From: Neophaeotheca triangularis
Lineage: Eukaryota
Assembly (NCBI GenBank): GCA_054600435.1
Contig: BAAIJX010000021.1
Span: 1-64,000 of the forward strand
Direction of reading: 5' to 3'
Length of the DNA: 64,000 nt
The notes under the pieces are model-generated. The model worked only from the letters and a program-made list of their open reading frames with translations, ran no database searches and was not told the DNA's origin. Below, one piece after another: positions 44,710-55,764 of this stretch. How positions within the stretch are numbered: the first letter of the stretch is position 1; each line of letters begins with the position of its first letter. The translations under genes and the position numbers were made by a program.

Positions 44710-47176
44710 TCAAGCACCTTCACCATCCTTGCCTGCGCCTTTGCCGGCCTTCTTCTTCTTGCAGCCCCTCTTCTTCTTACTCTTCTTTTTCTGACCATCT
44801 TCGTCTGCAGCTTGTTCCTTCCCACCGCTGGCCTGCCCGGCGCGGTCGTTTCCACTGCCGTCGTACTGGCTATTCTCGGCACTGGCGTCGTTGGATCGCA
44901 TTTTGCGGCTGCTCTGCTCGTTTTCTTCACTGCTACTACTATTTGCTTCCAGCACGACCTTCTTCATGCCATTCACATCTATAGTTGTTTCAGTGATTGA
45001 GCCCGAACGAGCAGCTCGGCGGTTCGTAGAGCGTTCCCGAGTGGAGCTGTCCATGTCTCCAACTGTGTCGTTCTCTTCACCCTGCACGAGAGATTCTGTG
45101 GATCCAATCACCATCTTCTTGGCGTTGCTGTAGGGGCTCAGGTATTTGTTGTCTTGTGTGTCCTTGGAGTGGGAAGGCTCGTCCGCAGGCGGTTGCTCTG
45201 TATGCTCTTCAGCCATCTGGCTCGCCTCGTGCGCGGTCATGCGGTTGCTTCTTGGGCTGCCGACACCTTCCGCGACGATTTCTTCTTCTTCGTTCTGGGG
45301 CAGATGGCTGGACTGAGGTGGTGAGCCCGACATCGTGCCGTAGGTTGCTGGCAGCGTCTTTACACCATCTGAAGCATCCTTGCCTGCTGACTTCAAAAGT
45401 CCTGCGCCTTCCCCTCCGTCTGGGGCATTTGGTCCAGGAACGTGCGGGGCCTGGACAGGCTCATCTGATGGCGTACCGGTTGTGGTAGCATGACTTTCGG
45501 GGATAGTGCCAACACCGGGCTTGATCTTCACGCTCTGGAACTTGGTTGCACGAGGCTTCGATGCAGCGTTGCTCGGTCCAAGGTGCGATAGGTGCTTCCT
45601 GAGGTCCATGGTGTTGCTGCGGACTGGGGTTGGTTTCACAGTTGCTTGCTGGTTTTCACTGGCCGCGCTACTCTTGCGACGCATCAAAAACGTGGTGCCT
45701 CCATTACTGAGGCTGGATTTCCTTTCGCTGGCGGCCTTTTGGCCTTGGCCAAGCAGCGGTGCATCCTCACGGTCACTCTTGTCGTCGTCGTGCTCGTGGG
45801 TCGGCTCAATTGGCTCAGTCAGAATGCCGTTCTTGTTGTACCTTGTGCGAGGGGCCGGTGCCATGCGCCTAATAGCTTTGTGGATGTCCACAAAGACGTC
45901 AGATTCATCGATAATTTCTTCGCCAATCAACTCTTCAATCACGTCTTCGAGAGTTACAACCCCCATGGCGCCCTTGTCCTGGCCTGGAAAGTCAGATACC
46001 AACACCATGTGGGATTTGCCTTCTTGGAAGAAATTGATAATGTCCAAACAGCTGGTCTCGGGAGCGGTCTCCGGGAGCGTAGCGAGAGCAAAGTCTCGAA
46101 CGCGCTTGCAGTCCTCTGGATCGTAGGTGATCAAGATCTTGACAAGCAACATCCCGATAAAGTTTTTGGGGTTGTCCGGAGCGTAGATTGGTATTCTGCT
46201 GTAGCCTTGAGAAAGGATGGTGTCCATCATCTTCTCGTCGAGCACGGTCTCCGCACTCATGGTGAAGACATCCTGCATCGGCGTCATGATGTTTCCCACA
46301 GGCTTATCTTTGAGGTCTAGCACGCTGTTGATGATTGTCACTTCGTCTTCCATGAGCCGCTCCCCCGTGATGCCTAGCGTCTTGTGTAATTGTACCAGGG
46401 TTTTGAGGCCAGACTTCTTGTAGAAAGTACCGTGGTCCTCGCCTAGCAAGTAGTCTAGGAGCTTTGCGGTCGGCCAAGCCACGGGACACATGATAAGCAT
46501 CAGAACCCAGACGAAAGGTGCCATGAAGGCACCGATTGAGAGGCCATAACGCACGCATACCGATTGCGGGGCAATTTCGCCAAAGATGACTTGTGAAGAA
46601 AGTTAGCTTCAATCACCTTGGAGATATCGACAGGCATGCCATACCAATGAGCACAGTACTGCTCAGCACGGCTGGCCAGCCACCTCCCAAGCTTCTGTCG
46701 AGTACAATAGGGAGGGTCTCGTTGGTGATGACGTTGCTCAGAAGCAGCGTGACGAGCACCCAATGCTTCCCCTTCTTGAGCAGCTTGAGCACCGACTCTG
46801 CATGCTTCTTTTCCGAACCCTCGCCGGAGGTTGCTATCACCTGTAAGTATGTCTCATCTTGCCCCATCAATGCAATGGTCAGGCCGGCGAAGACACCTCC
46901 GAGCAGCACGAGGGCAATAGCGACGCCGAGGTAGATGTAGAGGTCCGGGTCGGACGGATCCTTGGGTAGATCCTCATCGTCCTCGAGAATGTTGACGCCA
47001 CGTTTGAAGAGAGGTGCTGCGCTGACCAGTGGTATGAAAGCCAGGCGTGCCGCCGCGAGCACCGAAGATCTCACTGTCGCGAAACCATTCCTGCCGAGTG
47101 CCCCTCCTGAGCGTAGGCTGGTGGTGGAAGAGGGAGATGAGGGGTGCGAGGGAGCTCCGCGTCTTGACAACGACAT
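44710..47176 (-). CDS. MAM3: CNNM/DUF21 plus CBS-pair membrane protein (Mam3-like); intron 46644-46590
   Basis: [39 protein letters not shown], spliced [63 protein letters not shown]. Confidence 0.9.
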
Positions 47177-48575
47177 CCGATCCTGCTGGCAAGCCCAATG
47201 GCTTCGGGTTGTGCTTGATTGCTTGTCGCTGAGTCGTGCGATGTTCTGCTCTCAGTCGAGTGTCGTTGCGCGTAGCACAGACGACAAAATGGCGATTGAG
47301 GCTAAAAGTTAGTAGCCCCGTTGGAGGTTCAACGAATGACGGTGGAGCTAAACACGCTGCGCGCTAGGCCGTGTAAACTTCGGGCATTTCCGCCAGCGGT
47401 CTAGACTTAGCGACACTACCTTACATACTACCTAGGTAGTAACCTCAACTTCCTGCTTACCACCCAATCTCAATGGGCGTATAGACTGTTCGACTTCAAT
47501 CGGAAATTTTTGCAAACGCAGAATATAGCTGAGCTCAATGGTACGCGAAGGCTCTTGGAAATGCCATATCACAATGGTCACCAGCAAGCATCAATGGACC
47601 AGTAGCACCCAGGGCTTGAAAGTATTGCTCCATCTTGGCAGCTCTTGAAATCACCTCTAGCTACCGACGAGTCTCAAGCCGCCGAGAGATATTGGTAAAA
47701 GCAAGATCAATCGTACGAGTGCCTGCGTTAGGGTGCTCTTTACCCTTCTGACATCGTTGGCTGTGCCATTCATTCGAGCGATTGCACACATCAGTGGTAC
47801 TCCCCGCTTTCATTTGATCCATCTGTGAATACGCCCGAGATTCCCTACTGGGCTTCCCTGGCGGTCTGGAATTGTACTACTATGGCACGAAACTCCCACG
47901 TCAAGCTTGCCACTCCTCGGAGGCTTTGTGCAGAACCGTCGAAGACAGGGGCTCAGAGGAGAAACGGACCCTTCAATTCAACTAGTGAAGACTGGTACCG
48001 ATTGTATGCGCTCCGAAGGCCCTCCCTTCTACAGACAAGTCTCATGCTTTGCGAGCCTGTATAAGGCCTAGTCATGGTGAAATCGTGCCCATAATCGAGC
48101 TAGACAGGTGAGGTCAGTTTTAGGTATTCCTTCCCCCTTGGTCACAGACTTGTTCTCCTATAGTCCTATCCTTTCTTTTTCTCCTTCTACCTTTCTTTAT
48201 CGTTGAGCCAACTATGCCCTTTTCTTTGCCTATGTCGTTAGACAACGAACGACTTCCGGTCAATGCATTATTTCATATGGGCCGAAAGACCTTTGTCATT
48301 AACAATGGCATTGTTTTTCGGACAAAGCATGAGGCTGGCTAGCTGGCTACACCGATTGTCCCGGGCATATAAGTCAGCACGGGGCGAAATGGCAGACTTC
48401 CTTTCCCCATCATCTACAACACATCAACTCAACTACCGTCAATCCTTGTTTCTGTCGCTCAGGAAGTGCACTTTTCACAGCCGGCTGTGATTGTTTGACT
48501 TTCGAAAGTGAGCTCCTGAAACGCAGAAACCCCCAATCTTCCAAACAAACGCTCAAGCATCACGCTCAAGGCACT

Positions 48576-49382
48576 ATGCCCAAGTACGAGACCTACGACC
48601 TCCGGCCTAGCGGTTCGAGCTCACGCAGCCGTCGTGAGTCCAGCCGTCACCGCCAAGAGCATGGTTCAGAGCGATACGCCCCAGGTGAGTACTCCCAAGG
48701 TCAGTCCCGCTCCCGAAGCTACAGCAGGTCTAACGGCGTCGGTGGTAGGCTCTCACGAGATTCGGATGCTGTGCGTCGTGGATCAAGCGTCTACAGCGGC
48801 AGCAGAAGCGACTCCAACTTCTCCATTCCCTCGCAGCTGAGCGGTGGTGGCCGGGTCCCCTACAACCTCCTTGGTGGCATGGTGCCAATCTCGGAGCTCC
48901 CACGTCGCCCTTCGCACGCATCCTCGACTCGCACGCGCGATTCATATGAGAGCGAGCGCAACATCCCTCACAACCTGCTTGGCGGGTTTATTCCGGTCAA
49001 TGTCCAACCCACTCGTACGTCTCAGGCATCTTCTGCACGGTCGCGCGAATCCTACGAGAGCGAGCGCAACATCCCGTATAACCTGCTCGGGGGTTTCATT
49101 CCTATCGACTCGCTGGCCCGTCGAAGCTCCCGCCCTGATGACCAGCCTAGGCAAAGTCGCCAAGCTCCGTCGCACGTTTCGCCTTCCGCTCACCACTCAA
49201 GCAGGTACAGGACTGCCGAAGAGCCACCTCGCGCACCATCCTACACCCGCCCGCTTGAAAACCCCTACGCCCGCATGCCCAGGCCGTCGTTCGAAGACGT
49301 CGAATACGGCCAGCCACGACAGCGCCACAGGGAGAGCTCCCGAGAGGAGAGCCCGCGCGGCACGACCTATCGTCGTCGCTGA
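48576..49382 (+). CDS. Hypothetical Ser/Arg-rich protein with three 36-aa-spaced P[YH]NLLGG[MF][VI]P repeats
   Basis: ATG at 48576, preceded by CATATAAG at about 48366. The repeats are conserved in protein while differing at synonymous positions. Confidence 0.7.
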   Translation: MPKYETYDLRPSGSSSRSRRESSRHRQEHGSERYAPGEYSQGQSRSRSYSRSNGVGGRLSRDSDAVRRGSSVYSGSRSDSNFSIPSQLSGGGRVPYNLLGGMVPISELPRRPSHASSTRTRDSYESERNIPHNLLGGFIPVNVQPTRTSQASSARSRESYESERNIPYNLLGGFIPIDSLARRSSRPDDQPRQSRQAPSHVSPSAHHSSRYRTAEEPPRAPSYTRPLENPYARMPRPSFEDVEYGQPRQRHRESSREESPRGTTYRRR

Positions 49383-51274
49383 GTAGAAGCTTTGGGGCGT
49401 GCGTTGAGTCGAGTTTGTAAACATGTGAGATTGTCAAGGGAGGCGGGTCTGTTTTGGGTAGGTTGCGCGGCGTAATGTGTACTATATAAGACTGGAATCA
49501 ATGTGTTGATGACCAACCTAACTTCTTCCTTGTCCACGTAATGTTATAACATTTTTCAGTTTGTTCGCTGCTTAAAGTTAGAGTCCCTTGTTGATACAAT
49601 TTTGCTAGAGCGTATTTGGATACGAAAACTAACAGCTACTACGGTAATGCGCAAGAGAGAAGAAAGGACTTTACAGTCAGTAACAGTACCTCGTAGTGAG
49701 CACCTCAAGTGCTTTAGGTAGGTAGTAAACATTATCTCGATCATGAGTCGAATACCAAGGTACCGGATGCAACTTACAAGTACCACTTTGGGAAGGCACA
49801 GGGCTGGCATTCTCAAGGCGGATTGTCCAGGTGGAACTATTGAGGACTCGACCCCACAACAAGCGGGAGGAATAGGAAGCTGGGATGGGATACGAGATGG
49901 AAACAACGGGAGTACCAGACGCTTATTTCGAGAGCCCCATCAATCTCATCCATGGCTCTTCTAGCACTTGGTTAACAGCCGTTCGCAATATCTTACTATG
50001 ATCCTCGGCAAATGGTAAAATAAGGTAGGTAAGCTCGATCTGGATGACTGACCAGGCGGCGCTTCGGATGGGAAGAGAGAAATTTGCGGCGCGTCGTTTG
50101 CACTACAAGTAATAAGGTACGGACTAGGTACGGACATTTGGGTAACGACGATTAAAGTAATAATACTAAGGCTTCGGCACATGTCTTCGGACGGCGAGTG
50201 ATATGAGAGGTACAGTAGGTGCATGCAGGCGTGCATTATTTGGAGAAGCGCACCTGCAGACGGCTGGTGCCAGTAGTCAGTCCCCATCATCACAGACAGA
50301 CTCACAGCTGGAGTCGACACGGAGGATGTCGGTCTAAAGAGTACCAACCAAGGAAAGCACATTCGATTCGCGGGTTGATTATTGAAGAGGGCGCTTCGAA
50401 GTAGTACATACCTACCTTGGCTTTGTGTAGACTAACAAGTGGTAGTAGGTAATTAACTGCTAACAAACCACAGGCTACAGTCCCTGCCACTGGATATAAA
50501 TACGGACATGAGACTTTCAGTTTGACGTCTGATGATGCTTTTTCTGGAGACGGGTAGGTAGAATGTCCACGGGTAGTAGTTTCAGCGTGGGGACGCCGGA
50601 AATGCGCTGCTGGATTGGGTCAAGGATCGACACGGAACTGCTTTTCAATTTCAACAATAATAATCTCTTCCATCTCGGGCTGTTCTGGAGCGGTAGGAGT
50701 AGGAGTAGGAGATTGGATTGCAAGTGTGGGCCTGGCCTTTAGACGCCGCCCTCTCCTGTGATGAAAACTGTAAGGTATGGATCTGTTGAAGCGTACCTAG
50801 ATACCACCCCAGCACGTTTTATAGTTGTATACCTAGGTAAGCCGTCACCCCCGGACCCGGACTACTACTACTACTGTACCTACTACTACTTTGTGTAGAG
50901 GCCCCGCCATCGTCTACTTTGCTACTTTTGCTCTATTTTCAGTGACAAGGTACGTACTGCCTACTACTGTATACCTTATCCACCATCCGGTCCTCCTCCA
51001 TCAATCATCATCCTGCCTGATTCATTATGTTAATATTAGCTGGAACTCCAACCGTACCTCGGCCAATACTAATGATTAAATTGGTGGGCTATAGCCTGTA
51101 GCATGTAGCCTGTAGCCTGTAGCCAATAGCCAGTAGTAGTCACCATGCGATGCCTGGATGCCAACACCCTAGCCCTAGTGCTTCCTGCTGATCGATATGT
51201 CTGTATCTGTATTCTGTAAGTCCATCGACGGGAGAGGAGCTTGACAGGCCCGCTGCCTCTCACCGTTGCTCCAT

Positions 51275-51331
51275 CTACTACTACTGTAGCTACTACTACT
51301 ACTACTACTACTACTGCTACTGTACTACTAC
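51275..51331. repeat. (ACT/TAC)n trinucleotide microsatellite in an intergenic/5' region
   Basis: Imperfect CTA tandem array. Confidence 0.85.
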
Positions 51332-51857
51332 TTCAAGTCACGGCGCCTAGCTATGCCTTTCCATGTCCACTCGAGCCACTACTCCGACTAATAACATTAC
51401 TACTGCTGCTTACCTCTACTACTACTCAATCAACATCGTACATTACTATCTATCCCTCGAAGCCCCTCGTAACGAAACCCACCTCCCACCTGACGTCGCG
51501 ACAACCTTCCAACGTCCACATCCTGTCCCATCCGTATCAACCTCGTGATCCATTATTGCTGCGCGCCTGCCACCACACTCCCTCTCCCCTTTGCCACTAC
51601 CGACAGACGTCTTGTGTTCGCTTTGTGCTGCACCTTCGCACTACGCCCGTCGTTTCAAACAAGACGCCCTCAGCAACTCCACCCGACTCTGCTGCAGCAC
51701 TGGAACCGGTCGTGGTAACACAACCGCTGCTGCACGAGGAGGAAGCGCCTACCTGGGCCACCGTCCCTTTTCCGGTCATCTAGACCACCTGCAACCGACT
51801 AGTCTGCATGTCTGTTTGACCCTCGTCAAGCGCTCTTGCTGTCCCAAAGATATCATC

Positions 51858-52832
51858 ATGCTCGCTTTTATGCCGCAGTCATCGCCGCTACCACCCGACC
51901 TCGATACACCCGCGACCATGGCCACGAGCACCATGTCAGTTGCAATCCTTCCTTCGTCGCCCATGACTTATAGCTTGCCTTCGCTATCCTCGCCTCAGCA
52001 AGCCGGACCTCTACCTTCAAAACGACCCAAGTTGTCTCTCAACACCTCGAATGTCCCGACTCTTTTCGGCAAGGGGAATACGAGTCTGAGGCTGGACACG
52101 CTGTCCACGACTTCGCCCACATCTCGCAACACCTTCAGCAATGCTCGTGATCGAGAGGGAGCAAATACAGCACACAATCAACCAGCCCTTCTGCCTTTGA
52201 ACTCGTCTGGAAAACCAAGAAGACCCTGCTTCGCAACATCACTGCAGACGGAAGTACCCTTGTCCGTCGAGCCAGTATCGTCCTCTGCCGATTCTGCGAC
52301 GTCGACTTCGACCAACGATTCGGTACCGGACGCAATCCCCTACAAGCTGCCATTCAACACCGTTTCGATTCTAGTCAACGGTCCTATACCACGCGATCAA
52401 CACCGAAGAATGTCATTCTCTCAATCACGACCAATGTTCCCCACACCGAAGAAGGTGTCCTTCAAGGCACCTTTGACCGAGGACATCAAGAACGAGAAGT
52501 TCACAACCAAGCACTCGGATCTCGAGTCGTCTTCCTCGACCATTTCAACGCTTGAGCTTTCCCCTCCCGAAGGCGAGGCTCTGAAGAATAAGGCTGGAAA
52601 GGTTGCGGGGGCTACCAAGGCCGTCGTCCCGCAGTCCCCTCGCCTTGGTGAGAAGCGGGAGTCGTCGGACGAGGAGGATAGTGATAGCGACAAGTGCCCG
52701 GCAACACCGGTGGCCGGGCGAAAAAAGCGTCACAGAGACTGGGTGTGGACGCTGGGGCCGATTGAAAGCAAGAAGCAGGACCAACAGCCTGACATGGCCG
52801 GCATCGGTGGAGAAAAGGCTGAAGTCACCTGA
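51858..52832 (+). CDS. Conserved-looking fungal intrinsically disordered protein with RVxF-type motif
   Basis: ATG at 51858 (start uncertain). Short motif blocks KRPKLSLNTS, SLRLDTLSTTSPTSRNTFSNA, SILVNGPIP, KKVSF, RDWVWTLGP within Ser/Pro-rich sequence. Confidence 0.7.
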   Translation: MLAFMPQSSPLPPDLDTPATMATSTMSVAILPSSPMTYSLPSLSSPQQAGPLPSKRPKLSLNTSNVPTLFGKGNTSLRLDTLSTTSPTSRNTFSNARDREGANTAHNQPALLPLNSSGKPRRPCFATSLQTEVPLSVEPVSSSADSATSTSTNDSVPDAIPYKLPFNTVSILVNGPIPRDQHRRMSFSQSRPMFPTPKKVSFKAPLTEDIKNEKFTTKHSDLESSSSTISTLELSPPEGEALKNKAGKVAGATKAVVPQSPRLGEKRESSDEEDSDSDKCPATPVAGRKKRHRDWVWTLGPIESKKQDQQPDMAGIGGEKAEVT

Positions 52833-53022
52833 CCCTCATTGACGGCTTTCAGAAGCGAGTGCAATACGATTGACGATCGACAACGACAGCATTAGGGAAG
52901 GACAAGGGAAGTTGCATCGGAGTAGCCGGCGTCAAGATACCCAACATCTGCAAAGCGCAGCGTAGAATCACCGCCATAGAGTGTATAATTTATGAATCAT
53001 CACTATTCAAAGCGACTCTGCT

Positions 53023-54142
53023 TTACTTCGCATGCTGTGCTGACCGCGCAGTAGTAAGTTTATTCCCTACGACGGCGTTCAGGTAACCTAGAGGCCAGGT
53101 GTGCAGGGTACGAATACTGCTGAGCTGCCACTCGCCTCTAGTCACTGTGACAGCATTCCCCTTGAGCGAATGGTCCCCCTTCCTCGACCCCTGGACTCTC
53201 TCAACGATACGGACAACCTCTCCAAACGTCCTCGTCCGCAGACAGCTGACAAACCCATCAAAGGCCTGCACGAAAGGAAGCACGGGAAAAAGATAAGTCA
53301 GCGCAAGATGTGTGCCGTCGTCCGGGAACCAAAAGTAGGTGAGTAGAAACAGCAGCCAGAATTCCAGCAACATGATGAGCAAGCTGCCAACGTTGCGATC
53401 CTGCAGTTCCACAATGGCAAAGGCATCGCTCGTCTCGAGAGTGCTTTTCATGACTTCCATGGCCGCGTCGTCGTCGAAGTGATGGTAGGAGAGGGCGAAC
53501 AGTCGAAAGACTTTGTGTCCGTCCGACTGGAAGCCTCGCCTCCGAGCCGCTTGCTTGTCGCCGTCGGTCGTGGTGCTGATGACCGGGAAGGGAGGGTTCG
53601 TGGCGTCCACTGGCTGCGGCACAAAGGAGAGGTTGCTCGAGTGCGAGGCGTGTTCCATCCAGGCATCCAGGTTGGGGTGCAAGTCTGACAGCCGGAAGGG
53701 GATGGGCCTGCGCTTCTTCTCCTTGCGCCGCCCGTTCACCGTCTGCTCGATCAACGGCGTCGGTCCTGTGAAAAAGACGTGTTAGCCGCTGAGCGTTCCA
53801 GGCATCCAACAAGAGAGACCATGCACGCGAGGGACCCGTCCGTCACTCACCACCCGCGCCCGAACAGAAATCTATCACAGTCCATTCGCTCTCCGAGTCG
53901 TCGAGGTTCTCCAAGGCGTCGAGGACGACTTCCGCGGCGAGTTCAGCGGGCGCTCGGGATTGTAAGATTGGCATTTTCCTCGTCCATTGCGCCGTGAGCA
54001 TGTTCTGACAACAGTGCTTCACCACGCTCGGGACGAACCAGAGGTCGCAGAACTCGAACAGGTGCCATCGTCGCCCTCCGGGAATTTGGAAGTTGACTTG
54101 TTCGAGGGTGTTTGCGACTCGCTGGGCCGTGGCTTCTAGCAT
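53023..54142 (-). CDS. Class I SAM-dependent methyltransferase-like protein; intron 53850-53766
   Basis: RWHLFEFCDLWFVP; spliced motif I VIDFCSGAGGPTP; LSDLHPN, VDAT, LSYHHFDD, LTYLFPVLP..FDGFVSCLRTR. Confidence 0.7.
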
Positions 54143-55764
54143 GTTGGCACCGCCGGATTGGGGCCCAGTCGTGTATTGCTTCCCTGTCGTCGTCCTTTAC
54201 GAAAAAGACGATGCAGATGGCTGAGCAAAGAGACTTGCATATCGAATGTCTATGAATCGTCCATACTTTGTCGTTGAGCGGCGTACAGAGAGTCGGCAGA
54301 GGGGAGGAAGCGTTCCGTCGCTCTGATTGGTTGGGCAAACTGTATGGCTCGTGCACTGCTTGTCCAACCTGAAGCTGGAAGTATTGGATGGATAGATATA
54401 CTGTCATGCCATGCCTGGACAATGCAAGAACATCCTGTCCGAGGCTACTTCGCAAGCTAGGAATAGGTGTCAACTGGTATGTAAGAATGCTTCGTCATTC
54501 ATGAAAAAGTACGGGACTCTGAGCCGTACATCGTGTAAGGGGCTCTCGAACGTGCTGCACAGCCCTTCGCAATGACTAGACACTCCAGCGGCTCGAATGG
54601 ATACTGCCACGGTGGAGAGAGTCCAGCCGTTGCGACTCCTGAACATGCAGGCAATTACACATTGCTCGTTTAATGTTCAAGAAAGCGGACATTCCAGCCA
54701 ACACCTCTAAGATGAGCCCCCAGCAAATTGTGCGTGGAAAGGCATCTATCTCCTACTTCCCTGCAGTCTCAACAACACCGCAATCATCCCGCCATATCCC
54801 TCTGACCAGATTGAATCTTTACGATGTTGGGGGTCAAAGATTGTGCGGGTCAACGTAAGAATTACCCCTAGAGCCACAAGACGATTGCTCCCTCCATGCA
54901 ACTGGCTTGAGTCTTCCTTTCCTCATGAGCATGCTCAGTTTGCGGTCTATCTTGACCTACTGAAGAGCCCAGCTGTTGTGGAGAGCAGCCGACATCATTG
55001 CCCAACCCTATGTGCAACTCAATAGATTGACTAGACAGAGCCGGTGGGTTTCCGAAAGCGAACAAACAAAACTCTAGGTAGGTAGGTATGCCAAGCCCCA
55101 TCTCGAACGCTGAATAGTACATCCCATGTCTGTGTAGTGTAGGTGCTGCTTGCAGAGTTCAGGTCTTCCGAATATCTACACAAGGGTGCCCACGCCAGAG
55201 TCAGCAAAATAGAGCAAGTACAAAGGTCATTTTAATACGATGAAGGCAGCTTGTACAAACTGGAAAGACCTTGCATTAAGCCAGTCGTTGTCTGCTGTGA
55301 CTCTATTTATGCCTCGAATTGTTCGATGTGTGATTCACGCAGACGCTTGCCCTGGGTGACTTTAGACGGATCATGAAGGGTTGGGGTTGGGTTTGCAGTT
55401 ACATGTGGATGTCAACAGTAATCAATGGTTGATTGTATTAATATGGCCCCGTGGACCTAATAGGCGAGCCGTAGTACGCACCTTCATGTGCCTGCAGGAG
55501 AACGTTCGCCTATGAAATAACAGCTGGTGTGCATGACCGACGACCTACAGCTGACCTGGCGGTCGCTCCACGTGGATGCCCGGCTTTGCTTGCACTGGAG
55601 ATATTTAAACGGCTTCTTCCAAGGACGATTAGCACGCACGCACGATGGTGTCAACAAATGGTATCTTCATACGTCTGCACATGCTTGAGTGGTCCCATCC
55701 ACAAAACGCCAAGACCCCATCGCAAACGGAACAAAAATAAGTCGTTAACAACACAGTCAGACCC

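Noticed and set aside
51241..51783. 180-aa Thr-rich ORF
   Set aside because: The poly-Thr comes from the (ACT)n microsatellite; non-ATG start.
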